Shown here: positions 10,084-19,500 of the stretch, in pieces
Layout: every line of letters begins with the position of its first letter
How positions within the stretch are numbered: the stretch's first letter is position 1
NCBI GenBank assembly: GCA_018823175.1
Contig: JAHJIY010000040.1
Coordinates: 16,888-80,887, forward strand
Reading direction: 5' to 3'
DNA length: 64,000 nt
Origin: Pseudomonadota bacterium
GTDB taxonomy: Bacteria > Desulfobacterota > Desulfobulbia > Desulfobulbales > JAHJIY01
Notes under the pieces: generated by a model
Told to the model about the DNA's origin: nothing
Seen by the model: only the letters and a program-made list of their open reading frames with translations
Databases searched by the model: none
Program-made: the position numbers and the translations under genes

Positions 10084-10512
10084 ATGACGATGGACATAAC
10101 CCTGACCACCCCTGCCCTGTTATTTCCGGCGATCTCCCTGCTGATGGTTGCCTATACCAATCGATTTCTGACCATCGCTTCACGAATCAGAAACCTGCAT
10201 GAAAGATATGAAAAGGGCGAAGACGGGACAGTCATTATCGGTCAGATCAAAAATTTAAGGACACGGGTCAACCTGATCCGCAACATGCAAGCCTTCGGCA
10301 TCATCAGCCTTTTTTTATGCGTTCTTTGCATGTTTGTCCTCTTTGCCGGGAAAATCATGTTGGGTAAATATATTTTCGGCTGCAGCCTGCTGCTGCTGAT
10401 GATCTCTCTGGCCCTTTCCTTCCGCGAGGTACAGATCTCGGTCGAGGCCCTGAATCTGGTCCTCCGTGACATGGAAACTCCCAACAAAAAGAACCTGACC
10501 AAAAGGAAATGA
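10084..10512 (+). CDS. DUF2721-family membrane protein
   Basis: 142 aa. TTPALLFPAISLLMVAYTNRFLTIASRIRNLH followed by two further TM helices matches the DUF2721 pattern. The stop overlaps the next ATG (ATGA at 10509-10512). Confidence 0.7.
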   Translation: MTMDITLTTPALLFPAISLLMVAYTNRFLTIASRIRNLHERYEKGEDGTVIIGQIKNLRTRVNLIRNMQAFGIISLFLCVLCMFVLFAGKIMLGKYIFGCSLLLLMISLALSFREVQISVEALNLVLRDMETPNKKNLTKRK

Positions 10513-10922
10513 AAATGACGAAATCCCTGATGATCATTGCTCTGCTTGCCTCCATTATTTCAGTCAGTTCCGCCGGGGCCAGGGACATATACCTTGAGGT
10601 CGGCGAATCCTATTCAAATGACGGCCTCAACGTCATGTGCGTCCAGCAAAAAACCGCTTCCCCTCTGGCCTTGAAAGAATGCCAATTCTGGGACGAATTC
10701 AACCAGAAATGCCTGTTTGAAAGAAAAGTCTTCAGCTTCGGCCGACTACAGTGCGCCGAAGAATGCCAGCAATGGGACGATTTTGAAAAGGTTTGTCGAT
10801 ACGCCACTTCCTGTCAATTTTTCCCGGACCGGAAAATCTTTGTCAAAACCACCTGCCGTAATTTCGACACCTTCAATAAGGTCTGCCGCGAACAGATGCA
10901 AACAAAAATCAACGGCAGATAA
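10509..10922 (+). CDS. Small secreted cysteine-rich protein with a triplicated C-x2-(W/F)D-x-F-x2-(K/V)C motif
   Basis: Signal peptide MKMTKSLMIIALLASIISVSSAGA. Three motif copies: CQFWDEFNQKC, CQQWDDFEKVC, CRNFDTFNKVC. Translationally coupled to the DUF2721 gene. Confidence 0.7.
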   Translation: MKMTKSLMIIALLASIISVSSAGARDIYLEVGESYSNDGLNVMCVQQKTASPLALKECQFWDEFNQKCLFERKVFSFGRLQCAEECQQWDDFEKVCRYATSCQFFPDRKIFVKTTCRNFDTFNKVCREQMQTKINGR

Positions 10923-11027
10923 CCTGACGGCCATCCACCTTGACTTAATAACCAAAAGCGCCCTCCCTGAACAAAATTTTATTAGTGACGAGTAAATAGT
11001 AAATAGTTTACAGATCTGATGTAACCA

Positions 11028-11069
11028 GTCACTCGTCACTCGTCACTCGTCACTTGTCACTCGTCACTC
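11028..11069. repeat. Heptanucleotide microsatellite (GTCACTC)x6, one unit GTCACTT
   Basis: Six head-to-tail 7-nt units lie 19 nt upstream of the MFS start codon. An inverted copy AGTGACGAGT sits at 10984-10993, and a second tandem heptamer TAAATAG x2 at 10993-11006. Confidence 0.9.
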
Positions 11070-11087
11070 ATAATAATTGAGCCGAAA

Positions 11088-12353
11088 ATGAATAAAAATA
11101 CCAGGGCCGAAAAAAGCTGGATCATTTACGACATTGCCAATTCGGCCTTTGTCCTGGTGATCATCACCACAATCATGCCCATTTTCTTTAAAGAGTTCGC
11201 GGCAAAGGGGATGGACACCGCACTTTCCACCTCAAACTGGGCCTTTGCCAATGCCGCGGCCTCGCTTCTCCTGGCGATTTCCGCCCCATTTCTCGGGACC
11301 TTTGCCGATTATCAAGGCTTTAAAAAGAAATTCTTTCTGGCTTTTTTGGTGACCGGAGTCAGCGCTACCTTCCTTCTGACTACGGTACAGGAAGGGGCCT
11401 GGATTTTTTGCCTTTTGATCTTTATTTTCAGCAAAATAGGTTTTGCCGGGGCCAATATCTTTTATGACGCCTTTCTGCCGGATGTCACCAGCAAGGTCCG
11501 AATGGACCGGATCTCATCCCAGGGCTTTGCCTGGGGCTATATCGGCAGCGTCGTTCCCTTCCTGATCATAATGGCGCTGATCTTTCTCGGCATGAAAAGC
11601 AACGGTTCCTCGGCCCTGCCGCCGATGCAGGCCAAGATTGGATTCCTGATCGTCGGCGGCTGGTGGCTGCTCTTTTCAATCCCCTTCATCAAAAATGTCG
11701 AACAGTCCCATTACATCCCCCGCTCCGCCCATCCCTTTACCGGCAGCCTTAAACGACTGGTCCAGACCTTTCATGATATCCGCCGATACCGACAGCCTTT
11801 TCTGTTCCTGATCGCCTATTTCCTCTACATCGATGGGGTTGACACGATCATCACCATGGCCACCGCCTACGGGATCGAAATCGGCCTGAACACCACCATG
11901 CTGATCCTGGCGATCCTGATGATCCAGATCGTCGCCTTCCCCTGCGCCCTGTTCTACGGCAGGATGGCCGATAGGTTTAACGGCCGGGCCATGCTGCTGG
12001 TCGGGATCGGGGTTTACGTGCTCATCACCTTTCTGGCCTTTCTCTTACCGTCATTCCCGTCCCTGCAGTCCAAAACAATCATGTTCTGGATCCTGGCCTT
12101 TCTGGTCGCAACTTCCATGGGCGGCATCCAGGCCCTGAGCCGCTCATTTTTCGGCAAATTGATCCCGGCCGAGCGCAGCGCCGAATTTTTCGGGTTTTAT
12201 AATATCTGCGGCAGATTCGCCGCAATCATTGGTCCCTTGATGATGGGGATCTTCGGCCGACTGACCGGCGACTCTCGATATGGGGTGCTTTCTATCCTGC
12301 TCCTGTTAATCGCCGGTGGCTTCGCCCTGACAAAAGTTGAGCCCGATCTATAA
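11088..12353 (+). CDS. MFS transporter (UMF1/Atg22-like subfamily)
   Basis: 421 aa with about 12 hydrophobic helices. The N-terminal EKSWIIYDIANSAFVLVIITTIMPIFF is typical of UMF1-type MFS proteins. It ends 2 nt before the next gene. Confidence 0.8.
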   Translation: MNKNTRAEKSWIIYDIANSAFVLVIITTIMPIFFKEFAAKGMDTALSTSNWAFANAAASLLLAISAPFLGTFADYQGFKKKFFLAFLVTGVSATFLLTTVQEGAWIFCLLIFIFSKIGFAGANIFYDAFLPDVTSKVRMDRISSQGFAWGYIGSVVPFLIIMALIFLGMKSNGSSALPPMQAKIGFLIVGGWWLLFSIPFIKNVEQSHYIPRSAHPFTGSLKRLVQTFHDIRRYRQPFLFLIAYFLYIDGVDTIITMATAYGIEIGLNTTMLILAILMIQIVAFPCALFYGRMADRFNGRAMLLVGIGVYVLITFLAFLLPSFPSLQSKTIMFWILAFLVATSMGGIQALSRSFFGKLIPAERSAEFFGFYNICGRFAAIIGPLMMGIFGRLTGDSRYGVLSILLLLIAGGFALTKVEPDL

Positions 12354-12355
12354 AA

Positions 12356-15289
12356 ATGACCAAACAGACCGAGACAAAAATAACACCCGGGGAACTAGAG
12401 ACCACCAATATCGCCAACCTCTTACTTGAAACGGTCCGGGCCCTGATCACAGAACTGCACCCGAACCGGGAAGGGATCGGCCCCGTCCATCTCGACAGTT
12501 CCCTGGACCGTGACCTGGCCCTCGACAGCCTGGCCCGGGTCGAGCTGATCGCCCGGCTTGAAAAGACCTTTAACATTATCATCCCCGAGCAGGTCTTCTC
12601 CCTGGCCGAAACCCCGCGCGACTTCCTGCGCGAGATCCTAAGTTCAGACAAGACCCAGCCGTCCTCAAACAAAGAACTGGCCGAAATTATTACCCGACAA
12701 CCGGTGGCCGAGGCCGCCCCCTTTATCGCCCGGACCCTGGTCGAAGTTCTGAACTGGCACGTGAAAAAACATCCGGACCGACCCCATATCAGATTTTATC
12801 ACGATGACAACCGGGAAGACATCCTGACCTACGGACAACTGTTAGAAGGGGCGGAGAAAGTGGCAGCCGGACTCCAGGCCCTGAACCTTAACAGCCAGGA
12901 GTCGGTGGTTATCATGCTGCCGAGCGGCCGGGAATATTTTTTCAGTTTTTTCGGTACCCTGCTGGCCGGAGGCGTACCGGTGCCGCTCTATCCGCCTGGT
13001 CACCTTAAACAGATCGAAGAACACCTCCACCGTCATGTGGCAATTGCCGATAATAGCCGAGCTGGGGTAATGATCAGCATGCCGGAAACGGTCCGTTTCG
13101 CCAAACTCCTGAAAACACAGGTTGTGAGCATGCGTCATGTAGTGACGGTCGAGGACCTCAATCAGGCGGCAACCGAACTCACCGGCCCGGCCCTCAGACC
13201 CGCCTTGAAGCCCGACGACCTAGCCTTTCTGCAATACACCTCCGGCAGTACCGGCAGCCCAAAAGGGGTGATGCTTACCCATGCCAACCTGCTGGCCAAT
13301 ATCCGGAGTATGGGCCGGACGCTTAAGGTGGATTCCGATGACGTCTTTATCAGCTGGCTCCCCCTGTATCACGATATGGGCCTGATCGGAGCCTGGCTGG
13401 GCAGCCTGCATTACGCCTGCCAGCTGGTCCTGATGTCGCCGCTGACCTTCATCTCAAAACCAGTCCGCTGGCTCCGCGCTATTCACCGTTACCACGGCAC
13501 CCTGTCGGCGGCCCCGAACTTTGCCTACGATTTATGTCTGCGCCGGATCAGTGATCAGGAGATCGGCGACCTGAACCTAAGTTCCTGGCGGCTAGCCTTT
13601 AACGGCGCCGAGGCGATCAGCCCCCGGACCCTTAACAGATTTATCGACCATTTCCAGCCCTTCGGCTTTAAAGCAGAAACCATGCTGCCGGTCTACGGCC
13701 TGGCGGAATCATCAGTCGGTCTCGCCTTCCCGCCCCTTGGCCGGGGTCCAATAATCGACCGGATCGACCGACCATTGTTCATGTCTTCCGGCCAAGCGAC
13801 CCCAAGTTCGGAGCCGGAAACCTCCTTGCAGTTTGTCAACTGCGGCCGCCCCTTGCCGGACCATCAAATCCGAATCGTTGATCAGACCGGCCGGGAAATG
13901 CCGGACCGCCGGGAAGGCCGGATCCAGTTCCAGGGGCCGTCAACCACCAGCGGCTATTTCCGAAATACGGCCAAAACCGCCGAACTATTTGACGGCCAAT
14001 GGCTGGAATCAGGTGACCGGGGATATATCGCCGACGGCGATCTTTATATCACGGGTCGCAGCAAGGATATCGTGATTCGGGCCGGGCGCAATATATATCC
14101 CGAGGGGATAGAGGAAGCGATTGGCAAGATTGAAGGGATCCGGGCCGGCAATGTAGCGATCTTCGGCAGCAATGACCCCGACGCCGGGACCGAAAGGCTG
14201 GTGGTTTTAGCGGAAAGCCGCAAAAGACAAGACCAGGCCCGGGAACTACTGCGAAAAAAAATCAATGAAATAGTCATGGAGATGACCGGCATGCCGCCGG
14301 ATGAGGTGATAATCGCCCTCCCCAACACGGTGCTCAAGACCTCAAGCGGCAAAATCAGACGCGCCTCCTGTCGTGATCTTTATGAGCGAGGTCTGATTAA
14401 TAAACCACCCCGCGCCGTATGGTTTCAGGTGTTGCGCTTTACGCTAAGCGGCATCATCCCCCAACTGCGCCAGATATCGCGGCAGGTCAGTTCTTCACTT
14501 TATGCCGCCTATTGCTGGTTGCTGTTCGGAGTAGGCGTTATAGCCGGAGGGTTTGCCGCTTTTCTGCCGCTTGAATCCTGGCGCTGGGCAACAATACGGG
14601 CCATCATCAAGAGCCTTTTTACGATATCGGGCATCCCCCTGAAAATCAGCGGCCTCGAACATCTGCCGCCGCCCCAGGCCCCTTGTATCTTTGCGGCCAA
14701 CCACGCCAGTTATCTGGATGGCTTTGTTCTACTGGCCGGAGTCCCGCGCCTCTTCAGTTTTGTGGTCAAAGGGGAGTTAAAAGACAAGTTGATCACCCGG
14801 ATTATGCTGGGCCGGATCAATACGGAATTTGTTGAACGTTTTGATAAAAATCAGGGGGTAAAAGACGCAGCCCGTCTTCTGCAGCAAGCAAAACAAGGAC
14901 GGTCACTGCTCTTTTTGCCGGAAGGCACCTTCATGCGAATGCCGGGACTTCTGCCTTTTAAGATGGGCGCTTTTGAAACCGCAGTCAAAGGGAAAATTCC
15001 GGTGGTGCCCATCGCCATTCGGGGCACCCGTTCCATCCTGCGCTCCGATTCATGGTTCCCGCGTCACGGGTCAATAAGCCTGACCATCGGGCAGCCGATA
15101 ACAAGTGATGCCCCCCAACCGGGGCCGGAAAAAAATGAATGGAACCAGGCTCTGAAACTACGCGAAACGACCAGGGCCTGGATCCTGCAACACTGCGGCG
15201 AACCGGACCTGGCACAGGTCAACCCACCCCTGTTCAACCAATCCGACCCGCCACTGAAACCTGAAATCCCGCTTCCGGTTAAGAATTAA
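12356..15289 (+). CDS. Fusion protein: ACP-like carrier domain + acyl-AMP/acyl-ACP ligase (AMP-binding) + 2 TM helices + 1-acylglycerol-3-phosphate-type acyltransferase (PlsC/LPLAT)
   Basis: 977 aa. LALDSLARVELIARLE is a phosphopantetheine-site-like DSL motif. FLQYTSGSTGSPKGV and GDRGY..GRSKD are AMP-binding motifs. Hydrophobic LYAAYCWLLFGVGVIAGGFAAFL. NHASYLDG (HX4D), FLPEGTF and VPIAIRGT are acyltransferase motifs. Confidence 0.9.
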   Translation: MTKQTETKITPGELETTNIANLLLETVRALITELHPNREGIGPVHLDSSLDRDLALDSLARVELIARLEKTFNIIIPEQVFSLAETPRDFLREILSSDKTQPSSNKELAEIITRQPVAEAAPFIARTLVEVLNWHVKKHPDRPHIRFYHDDNREDILTYGQLLEGAEKVAAGLQALNLNSQESVVIMLPSGREYFFSFFGTLLAGGVPVPLYPPGHLKQIEEHLHRHVAIADNSRAGVMISMPETVRFAKLLKTQVVSMRHVVTVEDLNQAATELTGPALRPALKPDDLAFLQYTSGSTGSPKGVMLTHANLLANIRSMGRTLKVDSDDVFISWLPLYHDMGLIGAWLGSLHYACQLVLMSPLTFISKPVRWLRAIHRYHGTLSAAPNFAYDLCLRRISDQEIGDLNLSSWRLAFNGAEAISPRTLNRFIDHFQPFGFKAETMLPVYGLAESSVGLAFPPLGRGPIIDRIDRPLFMSSGQATPSSEPETSLQFVNCGRPLPDHQIRIVDQTGREMPDRREGRIQFQGPSTTSGYFRNTAKTAELFDGQWLESGDRGYIADGDLYITGRSKDIVIRAGRNIYPEGIEEAIGKIEGIRAGNVAIFGSNDPDAGTERLVVLAESRKRQDQARELLRKKINEIVMEMTGMPPDEVIIALPNTVLKTSSGKIRRASCRDLYERGLINKPPRAVWFQVLRFTLSGIIPQLRQISRQVSSSLYAAYCWLLFGVGVIAGGFAAFLPLESWRWATIRAIIKSLFTISGIPLKISGLEHLPPPQAPCIFAANHASYLDGFVLLAGVPRLFSFVVKGELKDKLITRIMLGRINTEFVERFDKNQGVKDAARLLQQAKQGRSLLFLPEGTFMRMPGLLPFKMGAFETAVKGKIPVVPIAIRGTRSILRSDSWFPRHGSISLTIGQPITSDAPQPGPEKNEWNQALKLRETTRAWILQHCGEPDLAQVNPPLFNQSDPPLKPEIPLPVKN

Positions 15290-15309
15290 CCTGAACTACA
15301 AATTTCTCT

Positions 15310-15417
15310 TACCGCAAGGGCATAAGTTTCGTTCTGAGCCGAATAGCGGCTCAACTCAGCTTCATACCGCAAGGGCATAAGTTTCGTTCTGAGCCGACTA
15401 GCGGCTCAACTCAGCTT
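15310..15417. repeat. REP-like intergenic element, copies 2 and 3 in direct tandem (15310-15362, 15365-15417)
   Basis: Two 53-nt units TACCGCAAGGGCATAAGTTTCGTTCTGAGCCGA(A/C)TAGCGGCTCAACTCAGCTT differ at one base. They lie between convergent genes, and each has a 7-bp stem TGAGCCG/CGGCTCA. Confidence 0.85.
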
Positions 15418-15908
15418 TATAACGGCGGGGCCGGTGGCGTCGCCCCGGCAATCTGGAACTGCCAGCTGAATTCCTCACTCTGCAAATTGCCTTCGGAGTC
15501 AATCATCTCACCGGCGATCGTCGCGGTATAATAAAAATTGGCCGCCAAGGGTGAATCAGGGATGAACTTGCCCTTTCTCTCTTCCGGAATATAGGTGATA
15601 GTCCCGCTGACCGGCTGGACCCCGGAGGTATCATCCGTCAAGACGGCGGTGAGACTGGTCAACTGAACCCCATCCACCGCCTCGTTAAAGATCACATAGA
15701 TCCCTTCCAACTGCAGATCGGCGGCATAAACATCCTGCTCGTTTGAATCCGGATAATAAGAGACGATGGCCAGCGGTTCGCCGGACTCCGGATTATCGAT
15801 GGGTGGCGTGTCGTCATCAGGCAGGGTGGTGGAATGATCTCGACTTGAACCACCACAGCCACTGATTAACAAGGTTAAAATTACCACAATGATTGTCTTG
15901 AGTTTCAT
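15417..15908 (-). CDS. Lipoprotein with SbsA/Big_5-like Ig domain (cassette 1, family L)
   Basis: MKLKTIIVVILTLLISGC is a signal peptide plus lipobox. The rest follows the Big_5-like pattern (VSYYPDSNEQDV...IYVIFNEAVDG...GTITY...KGKFIP..PL..NFYYTATI..EMIDSEGN). Paralogues at 29701-30177 and 37824-38303. Confidence 0.8.
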   Translation of the reverse strand: MKLKTIIVVILTLLISGCGGSSRDHSTTLPDDDTPPIDNPESGEPLAIVSYYPDSNEQDVYAADLQLEGIYVIFNEAVDGVQLTSLTAVLTDDTSGVQPVSGTITYIPEERKGKFIPDSPLAANFYYTATIAGEMIDSEGNLQSEEFSWQFQIAGATPPAPPL

Positions 15909-16054
15909 CTCTGCTCTCCTTTCGGCAGTGTAATATTCAGATAATATTTACTTCGCAATCAGGGTTAGAACGGAGAGAAATCGATATTCGGCAAGCACCG
16001 GCAAATTTTCCTGCCGGTCCCGACAATCGATTTATCCCCTTTTCCCTCACCCCT

Positions 16055-16528
16055 TCAGCTATCTCTTTTGACCCGGACCAGAAATTCCGAGTGGGTGGCG
16101 GGAAGCGCGATATAAGCGGAGTCTTTCGCCATCGCAATCTTTTCTCCCTGCGCCTGATCAATCAATTCAAGCCAGCATCCGGCCGGCAATCCGGCCTGGT
16201 CCCAACTGATGGTTACGGCGGTTTCATTGGCGGTATCCACCACCAGTAGCCATTCCTCAAATTTAGGGCCGGTTCCCCGAATGTCCCGCCACAAGGAACC
16301 GCCGCCACCGACAAACCGGGCCTGCAGATCGCCGGAGAGCATGGCCGGCACATCGTAGCGGCCATCCTGTTGCCCGGTCGCGTCAAACTTGGCCCCGAAA
16401 GTGAGGCGGCTATTCGCCGCTCCGGCGCTGATCGCCAGATTGACCTCCCACTCCGCTCCGGCCTGAACCAGGGCGGGAAGGCACAATAACATTGCCAAGG
16501 TCGGAATTATCGTCTGCCATGTTTTCAT
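16055..16528 (-). CDS. 157-aa secreted protein of unknown function (cassette 1, family S)
   Basis: Signal peptide MKTWQTIIPTLAMLLCLPALVQA. Its ATG overlaps the stop of the upstream giant gene (ATGA, 16525-16528). Paralogues at 30283-30756 and, disrupted, at 38413-38886. Confidence 0.75.
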   Translation of the reverse strand: MKTWQTIIPTLAMLLCLPALVQAGAEWEVNLAISAGAANSRLTFGAKFDATGQQDGRYDVPAMLSGDLQARFVGGGGSLWRDIRGTGPKFEEWLLVVDTANETAVTISWDQAGLPAGCWLELIDQAQGEKIAMAKDSAYIALPATHSEFLVRVKRDS

Positions 16529-19500
16529 CTTGCTATCTCCGTAAAAGGGTTGGGAATAATCAATTTATAATCGGCATCGTCCTGGACCACATAGATCCAA
16601 TAAGCTCGCCAGGGGATAAGCAAGGCATCCGGCGCAGCGCCGGCGCTCTCAAAACTGTAAACCCCACCCCAATCATCACCCTGATATGTATAAATGGCGT
16701 TAATCAGGAAGTTGCCTGCACAGGCACCGGTCCAGGCCAGCGGGTCTTCATCATTGCGCCGGACCTTTACCTCACTCAATAAAACCTGTCCACCGTACGG
16801 ATTGGTGATAATATTCCAACCCGGCGTCAAATCCATGGTAAATTCAGGCTCGACATATTCGGGATATTCGTGCAAGTCCGGCAGAGAGGGCAGATCTTCC
16901 CGATGCATGAAATAACCCTGCCCCGGCACATTAAACCAATTGTTGTCATAGGGCGCAAAGTAACCGTTATTCCCGGCGGTGGAAATCCCGTTGGAAATCC
17001 AGCCAAAGATCCGGCTGCTGCCCAAAAGATCTTCCAGGCCGATTTCTTCAAGCAGCGCCTTGGCCAAGCCGACCATATTTGCCCCGTTCAATAATTCGAT
17101 CACCGGTCCCGGCAGATTCCCGCTGGCCAACAACGGATCAATTTCAGGATCATACTCCTCCTCGCCCCGGAGCTCGACCCGATATTCGTGATAACCGGCC
17201 GGTCCCAGCCTGGTATCGTAGGTACACTCCACCCTGGCGTTAAAATTCACTGGTTCCGGCCCGCAATCCATCCGGACGGGATAGCCATCCAGAATCAGCC
17301 AGACGCTGGTGGTCGTCGAGTAATACAGCTCAGCCATGAAATGGTATGTCACATCCAGACTCGGCATCCCGTCCACCAGATTATCAACGGCGTCAATGCC
17401 GTCGGTCCGCTCGAAATCAACCCGCAGAATACCGTCCCGATACAAACCAGGATCATAGGGATAGGCGTCCAGATCGCCGCAGACTCCGTCACCGTCGGCA
17501 TCATTTTCGGGATCATCGGGGCAAAGGTCATCGGCGTCAGGAATCCCGTCGTGATCACGGTCCGGGACCAGGGCAAAAGTCGCGCTCACCGTGCAATCAG
17601 CAACCATCGGACCGGTGATATAGTGACCAGCGCCGGACATCGCCCCGCCACAACCGGAGACCGATTGGATGGCATAGCCACTGTCCGGGGTAACGGCAAA
17701 GGAGTAGACCTCATTTTCATTAACGGTCTGCGGAGTAACAGGGTTAATCGCCCCGCCCGAACCAGCCGCCGGGGTCACCGTATATTGCGAACCACTGGGT
17801 GGCGAAACAGAATTTGCCGCAAAGGTTGCCGCCACCGCGCAATCGGCAATAATCGCATTGGTCGTATAAACCACTCCGCTCGTGCTGTCGGAGGGATTAC
17901 CGACGTAGCCGCCGGTACAGGTGCCGCCCACCGGGGTCACCAGATGATAGCCGTTACCGGGGATAATAGTGAAGCTGGGGGTGGCATTATGCAAGACAGT
18001 CTGCGTCCCAACCGGATTGATCGAGCCGCCGCCGCCGGCCGAAGCGGTCACCGTGTACTGATTATCAGCAAAGGTCGCATCGACTGAACAATCAGCGGTC
18101 ACCGCCGTGGTTGTATAAATCACGCCGGTGGTCGCATTGTTGGGATCACCGGTATAAGTGCCGCCGCAAGTGCCGCCCACCGGAGTAACCAGATGAAAGC
18201 CGGCAGCCGGAATGATCGTAAAGTCGGTGCTGGTGTTATAATCCACAATCTGGGCGTTTACCGGGCTGATCGAACCGCCCACCCCAACCGAGGGGGTAAC
18301 CGTGTACTGCTCGGGAGTAAAGGTGGCGGTGACCACGCAATCGCTGGAAAGGGCGTCGATGATGAACTGAATACCCATCTGATAACCACCACAGCCGGAG
18401 ATTGAATCAAGCTGATAATGAGGATTCGCGGCACCATACATATCGATGTAGCTCCCGTCCGGGTACTCTTCTTCACAATCGCCGGGGCAATCAATTCCCG
18501 GGGGGCTCAGTGAGGATATCGTCCCCCCACCCGCCGGGGAAATCACCACGGTGAGCTTGGGCCTGAACACCTCGAAGGCCCCCATATCGACAATGCCATC
18601 GATTATCCGGGGATGGCCGTTGAAATCCGTAAGAGTCAAGGCCGGCGCCCCATTAGCCCCGGTATTCAGGCAAGGTGAACCAACCTGCAGGTAGTAATAA
18701 TTGATCTGCGTAGGATCGCCGCCCATCAAAAGAGGATCCGCGCTGAGATTAGCGCCCGAGGTGAATGAGTCCGTATTGGTGATCACTTCCGAGGTGGTCA
18801 GATCGTTATTGTACAGGCGAACGGCGCTCCCGGTTCCATCGAGATCGGCATCACTATCCACATAGAGATCGGGAGACGGCGCTCCGACCGGGGCCAAAGC
18901 GACGATCAAGGCCTGCGGCGGCCCCCCGACGCCAATTTCATTGTCCCAGAAGATATTATTATAGATGTCGGCCGAGCTGGAATTGTAATATAAGGCGATT
19001 CCGCCGCCTCCCCCGACTAGGCCGGCGGTATTGCCATAGATGGTATTATTGGTAATCACTATATTGCCCAAACCGGCGGCAACCCCTACCCCGCCGGCCG
19101 CCCCGTTCTCGCTCAAATTGCCGGCGATCAGATTATTGGTAATCAGGGCATTGCCTGCATCGACCTTGATCCCGAGGCCGCCGCCGTTGGCCGCGCCTGG
19201 AATGACGCCGGAAGCAATATTGCCGATTAAATCGTTGCCATCAATTGTCACATCAGAGGTAACGGCATAGACCGCCAGACCGCCGCCGGAAGCGGGATCA
19301 TTATTGCCCGAATTGTCGGTGGTGGCCCGATTATTTTTGAAGGTATTATTATTCACCGTCACCGTGTTATTATCGGCCCAGACCATCAGACCGCCGCCGA
19401 AAATTCCGGCCTGCCCGCTGATGGAGTTATCCGCGAAATTACAATCGGAAACCGCAACCGTACCGTTGGCGGAACGCACATAGGCGCCACCGCCATCTGG

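Noticed and set aside
17188-18087. Long alternative-frame or antisense ORFs inside the giant genes, e.g. 17188-18087(+), 22216-22899(+), 32435-33085(-), 33821-34438(-), 40991-41770(+), 42219-42797(+), 43794-44483(+), 46266-47312(+), 55673-56542(+), 56699-57448(+).
   Set aside because: All are fully embedded in much longer ORFs that have recognisable domains. Their translations are low-complexity Arg/Gly/Pro/Ala-rich strings, as expected when GC-rich repetitive coding DNA is read out of frame. They come in pairs that mirror the internal duplications of the real genes.
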